DNA of 64,000 bases from Octopus sinensis (Eukaryota). Location of the stretch: NCBI RefSeq assembly GCF_006345805.1, contig NC_043002.1, positions 15,996,001 to 16,060,000 of the forward strand, written 5' to 3'. A model generated the notes under the pieces. It did no database searches. It saw only the letters and a program-made list of their open reading frames with translations, and was not told where the DNA came from. This document shows positions 12,665 through 26,473 of the stretch, piece after piece. Numbering within the stretch: position 1 is the stretch's first letter; each line of letters opens with the position of its first letter. The position numbers and the translations under genes are program-made.

Positions 12665-12825
12665 GTGGTATTTCCTCTTAACTCACGTTCTGAGTCGAAA
12701 TTTATCCATGGTCGATGTTGCCTTTCTATTGCGAGGTCGATTAAATAAGTATCATTTGAGCACTGGGTCGATATAAGCGACTTAATTAATCTCTCGAAAT
12801 TGCTGGCCTTGTGCCAAACTTTGAA
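12665..12825 (+). mobile_element. SINE family A (tail type ii), degenerate
   Basis: gttctgagtcgaaattt...ggtcgatgttgccttt...taagtatca...ggccttgtgcc. Confidence 0.65.
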
Positions 12826-13262
12826 TGCAATGCATTTCATACTGAGTGACCTGTAAAACAGAGCTGTTAACGTATTAAGTGTTACGACTGGTCAAGTAAA
12901 TAGAAACCAGAAGCTAAACAATGTCCTTAGGTTTATTTTCATCACTCGACAGGTTTGGCATTACTTTACAAAAATTGTTTGCTGTTTGTTTGGATACAGT
13001 ACAACTGAATGCCCTTCCTGACATTGAAGAGATCAATAGGAAAGTATCAATGATTTAAGCGAATATTCGCTCTAGTCAATAACGTAAAAAAGCAAAAACA
13101 GAAATAATAAATGAAAATTTAAAAATAAATGGAATGCATTTTCTCAAGGCAATACTTTATTTCTGTAATGTACCACAACGGCAGAATATGTAGGTTAGTA
13201 TTTAGTACTCTTCAAATATATTATTAATCAAGGATTGCTTCCCTATTTATACTTCCATTTAG

Positions 13263-13494
13263 AGGCGGCGAGCTGGCAGAAACGTTAGCACGCCGGGCGA
13301 AATGCGTAGCCGTATTTCGTCTGTCGTTACGTTACGAGTTCAAAATCCATCGAGGTCGACTTTGCCTTTCATCCTTTCGGGGTCGATAAATTAAGTACCA
13401 GTTAAACACTGGGGTCGATGTAATCGACTTAATCCCTTTGTCTGTCCTTGTTTGTCCTCTCTGTGTTTAGCCCTTTGTGGGTAGTAAAGAAATA
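13263..13494 (+). mobile_element. SINE family A (tail type i), full length
   Basis: aggcggcgagctggcagaaacgttagcacgccgggcgaaatg...gggtagtaaagaaata. Confidence 0.92.
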
Positions 13495-15890
13495 TATTTA
13501 TACTTCCATATTCATAGAGAATTACGCCTTATACAAGCGCACAGATTTGTATTTTGCTTATACTTAAATAACGTGTAAAATATCATAGTATTCTCAATGA
13601 CAAATTGACTTGTCAATAATAACTTCAATCTTACATACGCACGTAAGTGTTGACCCAGTAAGGCGCTTTTAGTAGTTGTAAGCAGAACTCATCAGCATCT
13701 ACCGCATTGGCAAATTCCCGAATATTATTTGAAACCTCACATCTCACTTCGTGCAAAAGATTCCTTGCTATTACCATTATATGTTGACCTGTGTAACAAC
13801 CAAGAAATCTTCGGAAACATATTTTGTGTTGTAAGTGTCAACTTTTTGAACTTCATAACCTTTTAACTTTCCTTAAAATACCCTAATCCCTCTTCATATA
13901 CTATGCTTATCTGAAATGTTATAGGCTGTCAGCTTGCTGAAGTGAAGTGGTACATATATCTTGTTGTTAACGCCAATAAAGAATCCACTGAGAGTAGAAA
14001 TAAACAGGTTTTATCTCAGCTTTCATATTTTCTATCGAGAGGGATTGCTCTTTTGAAAGAAAGGTTAAGACGTACATTGTTGAATTATGAATCGGCTGCA
14101 AATCTTGTGCAATCAGTAATCAGTCATACACATCTTAAAGCATACATATATATGCATTTATGTATCAATAGATATGCGTCTATGTCAACATATATATATG
14201 TGTGGGAATGTATATATACAAACACACACAAACATATGTATATAAACATACATATTTATATATATATATATGTATATATACTTACACGGACACACATACT
14301 GATAATACATAATTACATACATATACATACATACATTTATATATGTATATATGTATGTATATATGTATATATATATATATCTGTGTGTGTGTGTATGTGT
14401 AAGTATATCTATATATGGGAGGGTGCGTGTTTATGTAGGTCTCTCTGTGAGTATAAGGGGAATGTATTGAGATAGGAAAAGAGCAAGCACTTTAGACAGA
14501 GGATCGAAAAGTCCAAACAATATAAATCCATGAAAATTTGAACGATAAACAATGCTTTCTTTTCATTCGCTTACTTTAACTAAAAATAGAGATAGTTACC
14601 ACGGCGGATCGAAGTCTTATGCTATCACTGAACATATTTTGATTGATATCTGGAAGAGTAACCTTTGATATGTATTCTTAATGTGAAGAATGGATGTTTA
14701 TTTCACTCTCCTAATCAAATAAATGAGATTGAAGCCCGACGTCACTTTATCTAAATATACTCAATTTATAAATTTAAAGTTTTGGTATTATAGTTTCTGT
14801 GTGTTTTTCTTTAACACAAAGACCTTCAAAAGTAATAAACGTATGATGATACATCATTGGATTTAGTGATTAAGATATTTCATTTCCATTATCAATAATT
14901 CAATATAATAACGCATTGTCGATCCTCGATCGTGATATACTTCATCAATTAGGCCTCTAAGATAATTAAGAATGGTATACATCCCACAACGTACAATCAC
15001 TTTCTAAAATCAAACATGAATTTACATATTAACAGAGCAATTTACGTTTGCATGTTATTGCGAAAAATATATTAATACATGAGTTGAACTGGTTCCAAGT
15101 TGACCCCATCTTGCTGCCACGTTTCCTAGTTGAAATAATTTCTGTTTAACATACATAGTTAATGGCATTTACAAAGGAATGAAGACCACGCTGCACTTTC
15201 CTTCTTTTCTTAAATCCTATTGATGTACTGTTCAGGGAATGTTTCTATTTCCCTTGGCGTTCAACTCATTTCAGGTAAAAGTTTAGCGAATACAAATATA
15301 TATATATAAATTCAGCAAAATTTAGATTCAAATGAATATGGTTCTGAAGTTAGATGCACCAGAATTTTGTATGGTGTTATCCATATAAATCCATGGGTTG
15401 ATTATAATCAAAATAATATTGTTGCTTATTTTGATTATATATATATATATATTATATATATATATATAATATATATATATATATTATATATATATATATA
15501 TATATACGTCATATTCCTTGATCCAAATCATTCACAAGAATTTGAATTGTTGGCCTCAGGGTATATTAGAAAACACTTGTTCATGGGGGCATGCAGTATG
15601 ACTGAATCGCAGCCATGTCGTAGGGAAACAAGCTCTTTGCCAGACAGACACACCGATATATATATATTATATATATATACTTAAAAATGCTTTTGGGTAA
15701 AAAAAAAGCGTCTAATTCAAATGGTTGGTTTTGAGAAATCTATATACTTTCCTATTGATACTCAGCTTTGGATGAGTGATTGCTTATGGTTGAAAGAGCT
15801 GTAGCCTAATGAAAGACTTTTTCTTATTGGAAAAGTAAAAGATAAAGAAGAAATAGAAAGGAAAAGAAAAATGAAATGAAAATAAAAAGA

Positions 15891-16260
15891 ACAGGATTAC
15901 TCAGAGAGCTCAAATCTTCGCCAAGGCAACTCCATCGTCCTCTCAACGATTACCCAGAGATGATTTATAAGATTAGAATATCTGAAATAAACTCGAATGC
16001 TCTCACAAACTAGAATACTAGAAATCGACCCGACCGCTCTCAAAAAAGTTAAGTAGAAAAAAAAAACCGGAAAATTTATCTGGAATCCTTTTCCGGTACT
16101 GAAAATGTCATCAGTTTGTGCCAGTCACGTGGACAAATATTCCTGAAAGATTCATCCCAATTTATCCAGCGGTTCTTGACATATATTTTCTATGGACTAA
16201 CAGACACACAAACAAACGACTTAAAAGAATAAATCCGCCTTTGCTAAGGTGGGGAGTAAT
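15891..16260 (-). mobile_element. Helentron-associated / DINE-1-like non-autonomous element
   Basis: Reverse-complement homologue of 46523-46896 (tccgcctttgctaagg, (AAAC)n, gaccgctctcaaaa, tcctctcaacgatta, ctcagagag). Confidence 0.7.
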
Positions 16261-16275
16261 ACCATGACAGAGAAT

Positions 16276-16440
16276 ATGACGGGCGAAATGCTTAGCGATA
16301 TTTCGTCTGAATTTGCGATCTGAGTTCAAATTCCAGTGGGGTCGATTTTGCCTTTCATCGTTTCGGGGTCGATAAATTAGATGCGAATGGCGTACTAGCG
16401 TTGATCTACTCGACTAACACACTCCCACAAAATTTCGTAG
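16276..16440 (+). mobile_element. SINE family A (tail type ii), degenerate
   Basis: gggcgaaatgcttagc...ctgagttcaaattcc...ggtcgattttgcctttcatc...ggggtcgataaatt. Confidence 0.75.
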
Positions 16441-17523
16441 AAAATATTTATTATTAGTGAGCAAATATAGACCAACTATGAAAATGTAAGGAATTCAAAA
16501 AGAGGCGATTCGAAAGAGGTAAAACTTTAAAAAAAATAAAATAAAATTTAGGAAGAAAATTAAAATTTGCATTTAGATGAAAAGGAAATTATTTATCAAA
16601 TAGAGAAGAGAGTATATAATGGAATTATTCGATGAAAACTTTTAACGACGAGGAGAAATGTTAAATATTTTCAGAGCGGATTTTTTTTCGAAGTGCAGCT
16701 GCAATCTGCGTTTAAGCAAAAATCTTCCCCTCCTGTTTGAAGACTCACAAGCATCAAATGAAATACGTATCTAAATAATGAATTATTGCAAGCATGCCTA
16801 ACCACTGAAGTGGTTTGATTTCTCCATTGACTGTAATATTATAGCGCAATTAGTGCTTTAACTACGCTCAACTTATTATAATATGGTAATTCTTTTACTT
16901 CAAATGATCGAGATGTACTCTCCATAATATTTAACCATTTCGCACTTGCGTGTTTCACAAGTTTTCAGTTAAATGCCGGTTGGTAAATTTTATCTACAAA
17001 TACTATATTCAATTTCTTTTTTGTATATAGCTATTAATGTATTTTGGTTTAGTTACGAAAGCCCATGTTATTCATCAATGAACAGATCAATTCCGATTGA
17101 AGCATTGCCGACCAAGCAGTTTTCGGAGCGAAAACGTGTTTTTAACATGCAAATATCTTTACGAAATTTCCTCTGAGAAAAAATATTATAACTATTACCA
17201 TTTCACTTTTCTAATGATATTTTATGCGTTACACGACTATTATTTTACTCTCAGGTTGTTTTTAAAGGCATTTAGTTAATTCTGGGTAGGCTAGATTTCT
17301 CAAAAATCATTGAAAGTGTTGCTTATTGATTTCTCTACCGGAACGCATATTTTCGGTGTTGATTAGTTTATGATTCCGTAAACTGGTGGCTCGGGAAAAC
17401 AGACCGATAATGTAAGTACGAGATTTAAATAAATATCTAGGTTAGTGCTCCAGCATGGACAGAGTCAATTGATTGGAATAAGGTAAAAGAAACAAAAACA
17501 CTTGCACACAATCATATTTATAC

Positions 17524-17602
<79 letters not shown>

Positions 17603-17905
17603 TGTGTGTGTGTGTGTTTATATATTTATACTAAGAGCACGCTAAGAGGGATTCTTAAAGTCAAAACTACCATAATAAACACATTGTATCGAATGCAAGG
17701 GAATGCAACTCTCGGAGCGCGCCTTTTAAAACCAGATTCAGCTGCAGATCATACGATTTCATAATCAGTGCACACACTGTAATTTATTTTAATCGTCAGT
17801 GCAAGCATAATCAAGACACAAAAATGAACAAAAAAATCAACATACAAGACGAACACCAAATGCATCCAGGATAGTACATAGAATTGTTCACACTTATATA
17901 TCTAT

Positions 17906-18135
17906 GGCTGCGAGCTGGCAGAATCGTTAGCACGCCGGGCGAAATGCTTAGCAGAATTTTGTCTGCCGTTACGTTCTGAGTTCAAATTCCGCCGAGGTCG
18001 ACTTTGCCTTTCAGCCTTTCGGGGTCGATAAATTAAGTACCAGTTACGCACTGGGGTCGATGTAATCTACTTAATCCGTTTGTCTGTCTTTGTTTGTCCT
18101 CTCTGTGTTTAGCCTCTTGTGGGTAGTAAAGAAAT
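17906..18135 (+). mobile_element. SINE family A (tail type i), full length
   Basis: Near-identical to the 13263 and 41622 copies. Confidence 0.92.
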
Positions 18136-18237
18136 ATATATATCTATGTAAGAGGCGGGCTTTTCGAATTGCATCTCGGCACACGTGTTTATTCAGAATA
18201 AAATTCAGCACTGAATAAGCGGAATGTATTAAGTGCT

Positions 18238-18470
18238 GAATCATCTGCATCACATGTGATCGTGGTTTTCTGTGTGGCTGAGGGCATGTCTAAGAGGGCC
18301 ATTGTGAAGAGTAGTGGTCCCAAAAGAGTGCCTTGCGGAACAACGCTCACTATCTGCGTGCATTTGGAGGTGGCCCCATTGGCTACTACCACCTAACTTC
18401 TATCCTTCAGAAAGTCATGAAGTCTTTCTCCCAATTTCCCAACTATGCCGAGATTACGGCATAGATTGGG
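18238..18470 (-). mobile_element. CR1-group LINE reverse transcriptase fragment
   Basis: Minus frame RNLGIVGKLGERLHDFLKDRS*VVVANGATSKCTQIVSVVPQGTLLGPLLF...DADD: RT motifs PQG and ADD with one in-frame stop. Confidence 0.85.
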
Positions 18471-19269
18471 GGGTGGTCCGTGCGTGTGTGTGTATGTGAG
18501 TGTGTCTTTGTGTGTCGGTGTTTGCCCCTCACCATCGCTTGACAACTGATGCTGGTGTGTTTGCAGATTCGAAATTTTGTAGCAATTGAAGATGGGCTCA
18601 CTTGCTACTGCAATCCACTTTGGATTTTACTCCTTCTGCTGCATGTCTTATTTGCTAATATTTGCATATATCTCGTTAGTGATTTCAATATGAAATATAA
18701 AAAAAAAAGTCTTTGATCTATGGGTAGAATCATTATTAACACAACGAGGAAAATGCCGAGTGGTAGTTCGTCCGTCTTCATGTTTTGAGATGAAATGCTG
18801 CGGACGTCGACTTTACCTTTGATCCTTTTTGGGGTTCACAATATATGTGCTCGATTCAATCCCTCCAACAAAATTACGGGCATTGTGCCAATATTTCTAA
18901 TCAATGATTTATTCGGCAATTTGAACCAGACGTGTTAAAATTTTGTTGATGCTAATGAAGATACGATTCCCTTTTAACATTTCTAATGAATTTATGCTTC
19001 ATTATATCGCCATTGCTTCACCCCCAACAATAATATTTGCGAGTTTGTCAATATTTTCAAAATAATTGCTGCACGAAGAATATGTTTTAATTACTAGCAA
19101 CGATATTGGCGGAAAATTACCATTACTTTACTACCATTCAATGAAGGAATATATCTTAAAAAAAAAAATTGCAAACTAACTGGTTTGAATCACATAGATT
19201 GAAAAATATAAATAAATGGAAACACTTTTTAAAGCAACAAAAACAATGATACTAATGATGATGACGTTG

Positions 19270-19300
19270 ACTGATGGTGGTGGCTTTGGGGATGATGATG

Positions 19301-19375
<75 letters not shown>

Positions 19376-19670
19376 TAATAATAATAATGAAGATATGAAC
19401 GATATGTTGATGGTAGTGGTGATAATGATGATTACCCAACAAAAATGATCGTAATAGCACTATAATAATAATAAAAATCAAAGATAATAATAATAGTAAT
19501 AATATTATCATTCTTATTAGTATCATTATTGCTGTTTTTTATTATTGCTATTATTATCGTGGTTACTATTGTTACTGCTCTTATTATTATTATCATTATT
19601 AATATTGTTGTTGTTATTGTTGTTGTTGTTGTTGTTGCTGTTGTTGTTGTTGTTGTTGTTATTATTACTT
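19270..19670. repeat. (GAT)n/(AAT)n and (ATT)n/(GTT)n trinucleotide microsatellites
   Basis: Direct reading. Confidence 0.9.
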
Positions 19671-20188
19671 TACTTGTTGCTCTTTTTTCTTTTATGTATG
19701 AAAGGAATGCACGAAAGATTCATTTTAATGAAATATATGATCTGCTAATTGTGCCAAATTTTGTTTTCAGATGAAGCCAAATTTTCCCTGATTAGTTGCC
19801 AAGAGAGTCTCACAAATCGGATTATATTAATAATTATTGTAACCCGCTTAAAGAGAAAATATTCGCTCACATAATGACTAGGATGGTTGTAATGTACATT
19901 AATGGCAATTCCTCGAGAGGTAATTACTCAGGAGTATTTTCCGTCGATTAAAAAGCGAAAATGTAAATGTGATAGACTGTATGTTTTTGAGACTTCGATT
20001 ATAATCAATAAGAATAATTAAATTGTCGATTACCGAAGGATTTGATCTTAACAATATATAAATACATGAAGTATACATAATAGTTCCTATGATAACTTCA
20101 TGCTTTCTCTGTTTTGCATGAAGTGTGCGTGCGTATGTGTTTAGTTAGATAGATGAAAGAATAGATAATTTGGTAAGTAAATAGATGC

Positions 20189-20233
<45 letters not shown>

Positions 20234-20284
20234 AACCAGTGAAGAGATAGATATATAGGTATCTTCTCTTATATGTTTTAGCCA

Positions 20285-20412
20285 TTAGACAGCGGTAATG
20301 ATGTAGCACCGCCTTGAAAAGTATTTAGTCGAATGTATAGACACCAGTATTTAATTCTTTGAAAATCCTGGTACTTATTCTATCAGTCCTCTTTAGCCGA
20401 ACCGCTAAACAC
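20285..20412 (-). mobile_element. SINE family B, degenerate 3' part
   Basis: agcaccgcc...ggtacttattctatc...gccgaaccgctaa. Confidence 0.7.
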
Positions 20413-20464
20413 AACAGAGCCTTTTGTGGAGCCGAGATGAGGCGACAAAGAGACTCAAAGACAC

Positions 20465-20670
20465 ACTCGTTAGCCGCTAAACATTTTTATTTTCCCTTCC
20501 TGTTTATTTTCTCCATTTTTTAAAATTGTCTCTCCCTTTTTACTTTCTCTCCCTGTTTGTTTTTGTGTCCCTTTCTATCGAAGAGCGTAGGCTCGGACGA
20601 GTGTTAAACTAATACATTTGTTTGTTGTTTATACACCCGTCTTCGTCTTTTGTTTTACTTGTAAATTCTC
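20465..20670 (+). mobile_element. Short PLE-pLTR-like element with degenerate hammerhead-like motif (family H2, copy 1)
   Basis: ctttctatcgaagagcgtaggctc...ctaatacatttg...gtcttcgtcttttg matches the copies at 33345 and 38245. Confidence 0.65.
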
Positions 20671-20695
20671 ACTCTCTCTCTCTCTCTCTCTCTCG

Positions 20696-20739
<44 letters not shown>

Positions 20740-20745
20740 ATATAG

Positions 20746-20855
<110 letters not shown>

Positions 20856-20867
20856 GTTTTTTCTGAA

Positions 20868-21545
20868 GTTTCAGCTCAGAGCTGTGGCCATGTGGGAGCA
20901 CCGTCGTTTTGCTACACTGATATTACTGAGACCCTCCTCAAATATGTGATGAATGGAGTTTGATGTAGCTACCCTCATTTGCCCCTCTTAGTTTGCACAA
21001 CAGACATGAAATATTCTAGTTTCATGCCAATGTCTGAGGATCTCTTTGTGGATCTGTTTTGTGGAAATTCAGATTGGAGAGATTTCGGGTGCTTCCTTTA
21101 GGCTGTATGTCTCTGGATTCTTTCGGCCCAAACATAGACAGCTCTATTATGTTGTGTTACGAGACTAATGTCGGCGTCACTTTCACATCATAAACGATGT
21201 CTATGTTGTTCGTGAAGCAGAGATACAAAATGTTATACGCCCTTGCTCCATGAATAGGGCATCGGTGAGTTTGAGCAGGGACTTCACCCGTGCTTGTTTG
21301 CAATGAGTCACTCCTGAGAGCATGAGGCCTTCAAGCCATTTGACATTAGGAAATGTGTTATCATACATAAGAAATATGCTCACGTGGTGTTCCAGTTTCA
21401 TGAGGATTTCTTTCATTTTCGTGAGGCAATCTTCAAACTTGCCTATGTGGTTTGGAACATCCGGTGGGCAATATGTATTGCATATGACTATATATTGTGT
21501 TGTCTTATGTATACAATTAGAATGTCCCATGTTGAGTTAGGTTAT
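20868..21545 (-). mobile_element. CR1-group LINE, internally deleted (AP endonuclease remnant joined to 3' end)
   Basis: Minus ORF 21201-21530 (TYCPPD...KFEDCL...FPNVKW...LLKLTDALFMEQ) resembles the APE domain; the 3' part ends in gacggtgctcccacatggccacagctctgagctgaaac. Confidence 0.75.
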
Positions 21546-21574
21546 GATAGTAAGACCTGGGGTGTGAGGTCATC

Positions 21575-21683
21575 AAGGTGTTTTCGCTCAATAAACACTC
21601 ACAACACCCGGTCTAGGTATCTAAACCGCGATCCTACGAGCTGGAGTCAGCTTCTCTAACCACTTGGCCATTGCGCTTCCACA
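21575..21683 (-). mobile_element. SINE family D, 5' head
   Basis: Reverse complement tgtggaagcgcaatggccaagtggttag...cgcggtttagatacc...gagtgtttattgagcgaaaacacc matches the head of 4433-4743. Confidence 0.8.
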
Positions 21684-22132
21684 CGGAAACATGCATATAC
21701 ATACACACATGCACATAGCAATATCTATAGGTGTTTATGCGTGTGCGTTTTTGTGTGTACGTGTGTGTATGTGTGTGTGTGTATGTGTGTGTGTGTGTGT
21801 GTGTGTTCATTCAAACGTTCGTCTTTACATTTCGTTGCTTCACAAGCGAGTAGTAAAATTTGTAAATCATATTGAAAATAAGTGTATCACCTACTGCGTT
21901 TTTTCTTGGTTTAATAGTTTGACTCTCCTTTGTTTCACTCCTGTACAAAAGACCTTTTGTGAAGGAACATTATTATCTTTTTATGATAGAACCTTCGGTT
22001 ATGCTGCTGTGTTGTCTCCAAAAGTGCGTTGATAGACTTCACTTGTCCTCACTTAAACCACTTGATGTTTCTATCAGCCTCTATATTAACAATTCTGTAT
22101 ATAATAGTAATAATAATAATAATAATGATAAT

Positions 22133-22238
22133 ATACAATAACCATCAGAGCAGGACAACAAATCACAGCACATACCCAAGGCACACAGAGCTGCGCTCGG
22201 TAGTGAAGTGAAAGCACGCTATAAAAAATAAAACTACC

Positions 22239-22240
<2 letters not shown>
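22133..22240 (+). mobile_element. R4/Dong-like retrotransposon, extreme 3' end, inside an (AAT)n array
   Basis: Nearly identical to the 3' UTR of the copy at 57647-57818; (AAT)n on both sides. Confidence 0.8.
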
Positions 22241-22316
<76 letters not shown>

Positions 22317-23909
22317 CTAAAGTTCCGCGAGGCTCAGGCAGGGGTTGGTGATCTTTGTATTGTGCTTGATATTTATTTCTTTACTACCCACAAGGTTTCA
22401 AATTCACGGGAGTAAACTGCATGTTCATAATGTGCAAGCGATTGTATACTTACTTATCTGCATGTCCGTCTAAACGTACTGAGAAAAGGTTTCCTTTACT
22501 TAATATCAGCCGCGTTTGTTGCAGTAGGATAATCGTATGTATAAGCTTTAAACATTGATTGATTGACAGTCCGCACTATACGAACTTTGGCTACTATAAT
22601 ATTTAATGTGCGATTACTGACTAGAATTATTCATTGCAGTTATCTGATAGATATCTAATAATACAATATCCGGTTTTATGGAAAAAATTGGTAGCTTTCA
22701 TCTTCAAAGTCAGTACAAAACCAGACATTTTTTCCAAGTCTTTAAGTAAGCCCAGATGCCTACGTGGTAATATTTGTGAAATAACATATTCTTGGCTCCA
22801 GACTAGCTGTAATTTAGCAGACCTATAGCTGTACTAGTTTGGACCGTCCTGCATTTTAGCTACATTTGCATGAACTGTACGTCTGCTAGCTTTTATTCTG
22901 CGATGTTATAAGCTTCAGAAAGAAAAGTTTGTGATTTATGTATAGCGGGCGATTATTTAGAAAGATCGGCAATAGCCCGAGGAAATAAATATATTTTTCC
23001 GAGTTATGTGGTGACTGCAACTATTAGACATTAGCTATTCGACAGAGATTTAGCGCTGGCGTACGAGCAGTAAGGTATCGGTTATACGAAAACAAAAATA
23101 AATATTTTATTATGTTTGCCAGACAGGAACTACATATTTTTCTATGATTTCTGTGAATGTTTTCTTGCCATTCAAGTGTTCTGAAACAATATATAAACTC
23201 ATATTATTTAGCTAGAGGACAGAAAATCGAGTCGTCAAAAAAGTATTGTTTTATTTTACATCCTGTTTATAAAGTTGAAGATACTAGGCATCAACAAAAG
23301 CATCCAGGTCACAAGAATCATCAATTATTTTGTTAGAAACTTTAAAAAGATTGAGCGAAACACCGAAGTGAAAATTAAAAAAATATATATCAAATTTCAC
23401 ACACAAAATGATCTGTTATTTCAATTAGAACTTGAAATATCAAATAACTTAAATGGAAATGTTGTTATTTCAACTTATCACTCGATTATAGCTGGCAGTA
23501 TTTGTTCTCATCTATAATTATATTACTGTTTTAAATTTGGTTTTTGCATGTTTAAACGGCTCTCTGTTAAACAAAATATATAAAACCTTTTTATATACGA
23601 TAGAAATAAAATCCTATAATTACTACAACATTTATACGATTCAATATAAAATTCCAGCATTGATATTGATTTCGGTGATTCGAAGGCCTTTAAAGTAATT
23701 TAAAAACAATTCGTTCGTATTTACATAGTTATTGATCTAAAATTTTTAATTCAATTTCAGAATTAGGGGAAAAGATATACAGTACATGTACTTTACAATT
23801 TTCTAATAACCGTACTTAAGTGTATAACATATATTCCTATCTACGGATAGCGGCCATTATATTTCTAACACAGTACAAGATTAAGCTACACTCAGTAGAA
23901 ATTGGCGAA

Positions 23910-24250
23910 TATATCCAGGGCCTGGTACAGCAATAGTCTAGGGTTCAAAGACCCACAGTCCTTCAATGCCCTGCTCAAAAAAAAAAAAAAAAGAAAACTG
24001 CATCAGGTGGAAGACATTAGGGGGACGTCTTCAAAAAAGAACCAGATATCCTCCTCTCTACAATAACAGATGAACTAACAGCCTGACATGAGCTACAGAC
24101 GAGGGCAGCGGAACCAAACACTCTTATGAACAAAATGGGCCAACAGCCGGGTGATGTGAAACACTCCAGACTGAGGAAATCAGAAAGACCTCGGTGTGGT
24201 GCTCCAGTATGAACGCAGTCACATAGCTGAAATGAGTAAAAGAGTAACAG
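23910..24250 (+). mobile_element. CR1-group LINE 3' end, decayed
   Basis: RAWYSNSLGFKDPQSFNAL...RAAEPNTL is homologous to 1646-1909; ends ggtgctccagtatgaacgcagtcacatagctgaaatgagtaaaagagt. Confidence 0.75.
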
Positions 24251-24341
24251 TGTATACATGCAGTTATATATATATGTAAAGTTTCATTTCATTTACAAGG
24301 ATCAATTCAGCGACATAAAATTTTTAACAGTAGACACACAC

Positions 24342-24386
<45 letters not shown>

Positions 24387-24521
24387 ACACACACACACAT
24401 ACACACACTCACACACACACACGTTTTTATTTTTGAACAAATCAATTACGCTCTGCCAACATATGAATATATGCTGAAATGACGCTCCATCAAACCTATA
24501 ACGTCTAGCACGGATTCAGCT

Positions 24522-24554
<33 letters not shown>

Positions 24555-24556
<2 letters not shown>

Positions 24557-24925
24557 TTTTACTCTTTTACTTGTTTCAGTCATTTGACTGTGGCCATGCT
24601 GGAGCAACACCTTTAGTCGAGCAAATCGACCCCAGGACTTATTCTTTGTAAACCCAGTACTTATTCTATATGTCTCCTTTTGCCGAACCGCTAAGTGACG
24701 GGGACGTAAACACACCAGCATCGGTTGTCAAGCGATGGTGGGGGGACAAATACAGACACACAAACATATACACAAACATAGATATATATATACATATATA
24801 CGATAGGCTTATTTCAGTTTCCGTCTACCAAATCCACTCACAAGGCATTGGTCGGCCTGAGGTTATTGCAGAAGACACTTGCCCAATATGTCATGCAGTG
24901 GGACTGAACCCGGAACCATGTGGTT
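24555..24925 (-). mobile_element. SINE family B, near full length
   Basis: Reverse complement of 26255-26695, including internal microsatellite and (GAGTAAAA)n tail. Confidence 0.92.
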
Positions 24926-25199
24926 GATATATATATATAATACAAATATGTATATATATGTATGCATGCATGTGTGTGTATGTGTGTGTGTATAGTAATA
25001 TGTTTGTTTATTATATAGGAAGCACTGTGAATTGCTCATGTAAAAACCCGGGATGTCCGATATATATATTCTATCTAAAAGAATTCTAGGTTCAACAATT
25101 TAGACAAACATATACTCAGTCATAAATATATGTATGCAAATTATTAAAATATATTTAATGTATCATTCATTCAAATATTCATGTCTTTATAGAGGTTAA

Positions 25200-25372
25200 A
25201 AACAAGGACAAAGGAATTAAGTCTATTAAATCGGCCCCAGTGCGTAACTGGTACTTATTTAATCGACCCCGAAAGGACGAAAGGCAAAGTCGACCTCGGT
25301 GGAATTTGAACTCAGAACGTAAACGACAGACGAAATACCGCCAAGAAATTCTCCCGGTGTGCTAACGATTCT
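25200..25372 (-). mobile_element. SINE family A, 5' end clipped
   Basis: ccccagtgcgtaactggtactt...gtcgacctcggtggaatttgaactcagaacg...gtgctaacgattctg. Confidence 0.9.
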
Positions 25373-25521
25373 GTGTGGTAAGTAGCTTGCTTACCAACCA
25401 CATGGTCCCGGGTTCAGTCCCACTGCGTGGCACATTGGGCAAGTGTCTTCTACTATAGCCTCTGCCGACCGAAGCCTTGTGAGTGAATTTGGTAGACGGA
25501 AACTGAAAGAAGCCTGTCGTA

Positions 25522-25590
<69 letters not shown>

Positions 25591-25805
25591 ATCTGTGTTT
25601 GTCCCCCCAACATCGCTTGACAACTGATGCTGGTGTGTTTACGTCCCCGTAACTTAGCGGTTCGGCAAAAGAGGCCGATAGAATAAGTACTAGGCTTCAA
25701 AAGAATAAGTCCTGGGGTCGATTTGCCCGACTAAAAAGGCGGTGCCCCAGCATGGCCGCAGTCAAATGACTGAAACAAGTAAAAGAGTAAAAGAGTAAAG
25801 AGTAA
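25373..25805 (+). mobile_element. SINE family B, 5' end clipped
   Basis: tgtggtaagtagc...gggttcagtccc (B box)...(TA)n...ggcggtgccccagcatggccgcagtcaaatgactgaaac, then (GAGTAAAA)n. Confidence 0.92.
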
Positions 25806-26095
25806 ATATTGTGTTTAAAATAGAGAATAGGGTAACCAGCTTCTTGGATGTCACATTTACCCATAATACTAATATTCCAATCCATACAGAAGTAAGAAGC
25901 AAACCCTTCAGTACTTAAATATTCTCTCTAATCATCCTAGATCAGCCCTTTGCTGTATGTGAAATCTGAGAGATACACCTATATTGCTTAGCATCTCTTC
26001 TGCTTCCTGCTTTATAAATGGGGTATATTATTCTCTTCTTCATTTTACATGATAGATTACCACTTCAAGGAATTCTGAAAAAGGAGTTGCAATGA
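25806..26095 (+). mobile_element. Penelope-like element reverse transcriptase C-terminal remnant
   Basis: FLDVTF at 25841 and QYLNILSNHPRS at ~25909 match the PLE RT motifs FLDv and Y-x3-S-x-HP. Confidence 0.65.
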
Positions 26096-26254
26096 CTTGG
26101 CACACCCACACTCACACACAACAACACATACACGCAAGCACACACACACATGTGTATATTTGTATATATATTCATCATTGTTTCTATGTCAATTGATACC
26201 AGTTTACATCAAATTAATGATTAATTTACAATTATATTTGTGGAGTAATTATAT

Positions 26255-26422
26255 ATAGGCGTAGGAGTGACTGTGTGGTAAGTAGCTTGTTTACCAACTA
26301 CATGGTTCCGGGTTCAGTCCCACTGCGTGGCACCTTGGGCAAGTGTCTTCTACTATAGCCTCGGGCCGACCAAAGCCTTGTGAGTGGATTTGGTAGACGG
26401 GAACTGAAAGAAGCCTGTCGAA

Positions 26423-26473
<51 letters not shown>

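Noticed and set aside
13630-13830. Minus-strand ~63-codon open frame (MVIARNLLHEVRCEVSNNIREF...)
   Set aside because: Within chance length, with no recognisable motif or splice support.
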